A stretch of 64,000 nt of DNA. Source: Octopus vulgaris (Eukaryota). How positions within the stretch are numbered: the stretch's first letter is position 1; each line of letters starts with the position of its first letter. Below are positions 58,768-64,000 of this stretch, in pieces. The notes under the pieces were generated by a model. That model had not been told where the DNA came from, searched no databases, and saw nothing but the letters and a program-made list of their open reading frames with translations. Location of the stretch: contig OX597814.1 in assembly GCA_951406725.2 (NCBI GenBank), forward strand, positions 43,648,001 to 43,712,000, read 5' to 3'. Made by a program: the position numbers and the translations under genes.

Positions 58768-59689
58768 ACTAAATTAATGATATCCTCATCAACATGACGG
58801 CAACAATATCAGTGACAAAACGCAAGGCAACGGAAAGAAAAGCAGACACATCAGTAAGGGTAGTTTCAATAATATCAACGAACAACATACCACAAAGAAC
58901 GGCAAATAAGAAAAAAAAAAGCATTTTTCTATATCGTTCTTTCTAAGTAGATCAAATTTTCGAATTAATGAAGCGAAACGTAGACGCTAAATGTGAACAA
59001 AATTCTTTCTAATATTTCTAATTGATGTAGAACCATTCAAATGTGCACTTCTCAAAAGGCAAAATGCATAGTAGAATGATACAAAATAGGTAATTCAGCC
59101 CAATGCAAGCTGTAAAGGAAGACATTTTATTTCATTTCAGATTGACAGACTGAAATGTTGATGTAACTAGGACGTTAGTAGAGAAACACATGCAGCTGTA
59201 GCTTGTTTGGTAGTTGTTGCAATGTCGATACTGAACAAACCAAGTTTGTGATGACTGCAAACATTTTCTTTTATCAAGCAGTCACTACGTTTTTCAATTA
59301 TCTATGAAAAGTAAGATGTACCTGGAAAAGTAATCGCAGCACCTTCGTAAATTTACTAACATACGGGTAATAATGAAACATTTCGCCTCGTGAACGGTCT
59401 CTTATTCAATGCCTTTCTATAATGTCACATCAGATTGATTACTTCACTTGTGTTATACGTTTCCTTTGATTATTTAGTATAATTTCAGTATATTCTGCAA
59501 ATTTACATTTGCTCCATATAATACATATTTATCATCATTGTATGTTTTCCTTGTGATTGAGAAAGAATAATTCCATCTCGCAATCAAAATACAAGTTTAC
59601 ACTTCAGATTTATGATTAGTCAAAAGAATTATCATTGAGGGTATGAGGACAGGAAAGAGAGCTGAGAAAACTTATTATTCATTACGTTC

Positions 59690-59910
59690 AAAAACTGCGC
59701 ACTTGTCGAATCATTAGAGCGTCGGAAAATTGCCTTGTGGCATTTTTTCTGAATTTATAAGTCCTCATTTCCAAATCTACTGACATCATCATCACTATTC
59801 ATCTCTCCCCAGTTAGCATAAATTTAGTAATAATCAAACGATGTGGTCAACAGTATCCACTAACACTCCCCATCAAAATTTATAGCCTTCATCCAAAATC
59901 CGAAACCAGT
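59690..59910 (+). mobile_element. Old, diverged copy of the Meta-SINE-like family
   Basis: gaatcattagagcgtcgg..caaatctactga..tcaaaatttatagcctt..gaaacca follows the family layout. Confidence 0.45.
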
Positions 59911-60118
59911 ATTCATAAATTTCTCAATACAAATCTCAAAACATCAGACTATGAATGTCAATATTCTTCGATAGGAAATTAGCATCAGTCAAATTTCCAA
60001 GTTGATAATATTGACGGCACTCTACCCTAAAATGCGTGGCAATGATCTTTAGCCTCAATAATTGTTGCTATCAGTGGTGGCATTATTGATCATCACGTTG
60101 TTAATATTAATGTTGCTT

Positions 60119-60718
60119 GAAGGCGGTGAGTTAGGACGTCGGGTAAAATGCTTAGAGGTATTCCTGAGTTCAAATTCCGCCAAGGTCGACTTTGCCTTTC
60201 ATCCTTTCGGGGTCGATTACATAAGTACCGGTTACGCACTGGGGTCAATATAATCTACTTATTCCATTTGTCTGTCCTTGTTTGTTCTCTCTGTCTTTAG
60301 CCCCTTGTCGGGAGTAAAGAAATTGGTATTTTGTTCGTCTGCACGTTCTGATCTCAAATTCCACTGAGGTTGACTTTGTTTTCATCCTTTCGTGTAAAAT
60401 GAGTACCGGTTGAGCATTGGGATCGATGTAATCAACTTGTCCCCTCCCACCGTACTTGCTGTTATTGTGCCAAATTTTGAAATCAATATTAATGTTGTTA
60501 TTTTATATTTCTTTTTAGGCGGCCAACTGGCAGAATAGTTAGCACACCCGGCAAAATGCTCAGAAGCATTTCGTCTGTCTTAACCTGCTGAGATCGATTT
60601 CCACTGTGGTCGACTTTGCCTTTCATCCTTTCGAAGTCGATAAAATAAGTACCTGTTGAACACTGCGGTCGATAAAATTAACATACCCACTACACTGGAA
60701 TTGCTGGCCTTTGAAACT
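60119..60718 (+). mobile_element. Head-to-tail cluster of Meta-SINE-like copies
   Basis: Three gactttg..tttcatcctttcg..agtacc domains (~60190, ~60372, ~60612); aatattaatgttg repeated at 60103, 60485 and 60719. Confidence 0.85.
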
Positions 60719-63596
60719 AATATTAATGTTGCTTTTATTAACGCTATTTTGTTATTGTTTATAGGAAGTCCCATCGAACGCGAACAATAATATATCACCA
60801 GTAACCACGAAATTTGAGAGATTTCCAAAAAAGAAAGAGAGTGGGAAGAAAACATTTTAAAGTAGTCGTCGCAAGAATCATAAAATAAGGTAATTGGTTT
60901 ACTACAATGTACAATTTCAAATGACGAGAAGAATACATAATTTGTATATTCTTTTCTTTGAGAATTACTTTCGTGTTGAAGGTGGAGTTTAAATACAGCA
61001 TCTGAAACTAATATGATAGTCCTCGATTTTCTATGTTCACATCAATATAGAAATATTATTGTGATCTTTCAGTTCCTATGAAGAATTATGTCATTACAAT
61101 AGGTTATATATGAGTTGCTAGGCAACTATGTATTTCCAGAAAAGGATACAAAATAAAATTGATGTAAGACAATTTAATTTTCAACTACCTCCATATTACT
61201 ATCTATTTATCTTTCTTACTGCTGCTATTTAGACTGAGTAGTCTTAGCAAGCAAATATATTGCCTTTGGTAATGTTCTAAAATTATATAGTCCATTAGAA
61301 CTATATCTCAGAGAGCATTTCATATTTTGTATTTTACCCTTTCCATTTAGAATGTCATTTTATAAAGTAAATTCTATATAAAATTATAATTCTATTGGTT
61401 TCAAAACGAATACTATTATTATGCACCACTGCCATTATTCTACCAGCCAACATATCCACTCACTAGAAAATTAGTTGCCATCATTTTTGTCGCATTTGTT
61501 TGCTTGATTAATTGTTTGTGTATTCGACCTGCTACAATAGAAAATAGTGGAGATACGAACTATTTGTTAACAATGAAAAGGAAATCAATAATTATTTTCT
61601 CCTGCATTTTGTTTCTTTAGCAACTAATTGGAATAATAATAACGTAGTTCAACTCTATTCAGCATGGCATATTCTGAGAGAGTTACGGTTCATAAAAAAG
61701 TTCTAAATAGGTTACCTGGAAAACAAAATGCTATTTTAATACATTTACACACATATTACATTTAATTATATGGCCCGGCCTTATTCAGCATATATCCTGG
61801 GCAAAATGCCGTTTATACACAACTTGAAATTAGTTACTCGAAGAAAGAGATGCTATGTTAATACATTTAAACACATGTTACATTAGTAGAAGATCTTTGC
61901 AAACTTTGTAAACTATTTAATAGTTAATATTTCAAAATACATGTCATCTGCACTTTTATTTCATAATGTTTTCAAATAATGTAAGATTAATAATGTCTTC
62001 CTTTACATAGATCTGAGAACCTGTGTTTACATTCAAATCAATCATATCGCGGAAAAGCAATTTACGAACATGTAAAACTGCTAAATTAAGTCTCGTTGAG
62101 CAGCCGTGAGCTGATCCATGATATAGCTCAACTGCTTCCTAGTTAGTGAAACTATTCCAATACAAACAGTAACTGATGAAGGAAGAAATGCAGTTAATTC
62201 CACATGTGGCTGTTATTTCAAGGAGAGCTTCTTGGGTGTTTTTTGGCCAACGCTAGCCACAATATCCTCGTTCTCGTTCACCTAGAAATGTTTGACCCAA
62301 CCACGTACTGAGAAATTTAAACGGTGAAACAACATACATTACAAGATCAAGAAATTTACGAAAGAGAAACCCAACACTGCCTCCTGAAACCGGTCTACTC
62401 GGAGATGCAAATATCTTGTAGGCATGGAAAATAAGAAGGCTGGAAATTCTGGTCGCGATGATACCCAAAACATTTATATGAAGTGTGCTGATATCATTGA
62501 GCATGCGTATTTATTTCGAAGGTGAGAGCCGGCTAAGATCACTTACATGGCGTTGTTTGACAAATAGGTGAATGTAGAAGGGCCATTAATCGGAAAGAAG
62601 GCGGTCTGTTATTCTGATGATTTTTTTTTAATGTTTTCCTCAAATACATTCTAATAATTTCTTTTGTTTCCCATTCTTCGGAAATTTCTCGTTCCTTCGT
62701 GATATATAGAATTTATGCCATTGTTTGCTTTATGTTTTATTTTGAGAATTTATGCATTTGTACGTTATCTAGCAATGTATTTAGACGCTGTGTGTAATGC
62801 TTGTATATAAGGGTCGTTATTTCTTTCTTCTTTACGTTTAAGGTCGTGTAATTCAAAATCCTCTCTGCGTGTGTTTGTGTTCAGATTAGGTATCGTTCTA
62901 GTGTCTGCGGTGTCGGCATATTCTTGTAGTGGTGATTGTAGTTTTGATGGTGTTGATAAAGTTGTTGGTGGTGTTGTACTGCGATATATTCTCCTTCTCT
63001 AAAATCTCCCAGCTTTCTGTGAGGGTAGTCTTGTTTTGACATATTTCTTGTTACCTTTCGTAAAGAAGATCTTCTCAATTTTTCATCTTTATCATTTCTC
63101 ATTACCGGATATGTCTGAATGACTCGAACATAGAAAAGCATTCTTCTTTTGCTACGTTCGGGTTGGTGGATTCTGTTGCTCACGCTGTTGATGTTGTTTC
63201 TGATTTTGTTGTTGTTATTTCGTCATGACTGCTTCTGTCACTCCTTAGGTGCCGCTTCTTCTGTTTTTATTCATGTTGTTTTTGCTGTTGTTGCTCATGT
63301 TCATTCAGCGAAGCCATTGTTGTTGTTACTCTCAAAATATGCACACTAAGTTTGATTTTTGTCTTTTAATGTGAATCAAAATACAAAGCCCAAAAAAATC
63401 GTTCCCAGAAAAGGGCGAAAGCAAAACGGAATTGACTACTTCCTCAGGAAGCAGATGAGTTTAACGAGAAACGCAAATCAAACATTTCAACCTTACTCTT
63501 TTTAAGACAGTTAAAACTGACAAAAATTAAGAATGATTTAAAGGGAAGTCATATCCATTCACAACTATAACGACCACAAGAACAAAGACAACAACA

Positions 63597-63708
63597 GTAA
63601 GTAGTAGTTGTAGTAGTAGTGGTGGTGGTGGCGGTGGTGGTGGTGGTTGTGTTAGTTGTAGTAGTAGTAGTAGTAGTGGTGGTGGTGGTGGTGGTGGTGG
63701 TGGTAGTG

Positions 63709-63740
<32 letters not shown>

Positions 63741-63741
63741 T

Positions 63742-63784
<43 letters not shown>

Positions 63785-63882
63785 TAGTAGTAGTAGTAGC
63801 AGCAGTAAGAGAAGGAAGAGGAGGAAGAGGAGGAGGTGGAGGAGGAGGAGGAGGAGGAAGAGGAAGAGAAGAAGAAGAAGAT
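63597..63882. repeat. Compound trinucleotide satellite (GTA)n/(GTG)n/(GGA)n/(GAA)n
   Basis: Directly visible; explains the poly-Val/Gly ORF. Confidence 0.95.
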
Positions 63883-64000
63883 ACGCTGTTTCTAATTTAG
63901 GTAAAAAACCGGCAATTTTAAAGAGGAGCGTTTAGTGAATGTGATCATCCATACTCCTCGTCAAGGCGGATGAATGAAAAGTTGATCTTGACAAAAAATG

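Noticed and set aside
62881-63349. ORFs in a TTG-rich region near the window end
   Set aside because: Low-complexity sequence with no supportable domain.

Overview
AT-rich, microsatellite-dense eukaryotic DNA with no recognisable host protein-coding gene. The SINE families and repeat landscape strongly suggest an octopus (cephalopod) intron or intergenic region (inference). Interpretable features are almost all transposon-derived. They include a CR1/L2-type LINE (CCCH ORF1, APE, RT) with a complete nested mariner and a SINE, two further mariners, an RTE LINE, and a 5'-truncated HERO-type RLE retrotransposon. There is also a decayed Penelope-like element, many Penelope pLTR-type fragments carrying minimal hammerhead motifs, three tRNA-SINE families, Helitron-like ends, fold-back elements and a 124-bp 28S rRNA fragment. 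The most interesting observation is the HERO 3' UTR (42285-42453). It contains the intact hammerhead core strands (CUGAUGA, GAAA, GUC) with matching stem I, II and III pairings, but in a strand order that is not a circular permutation of any standard hammerhead type. It is a candidate re-wired, pseudoknotted ribozyme fold. Nearly all ORFs in the supplied track are microsatellite artefacts.
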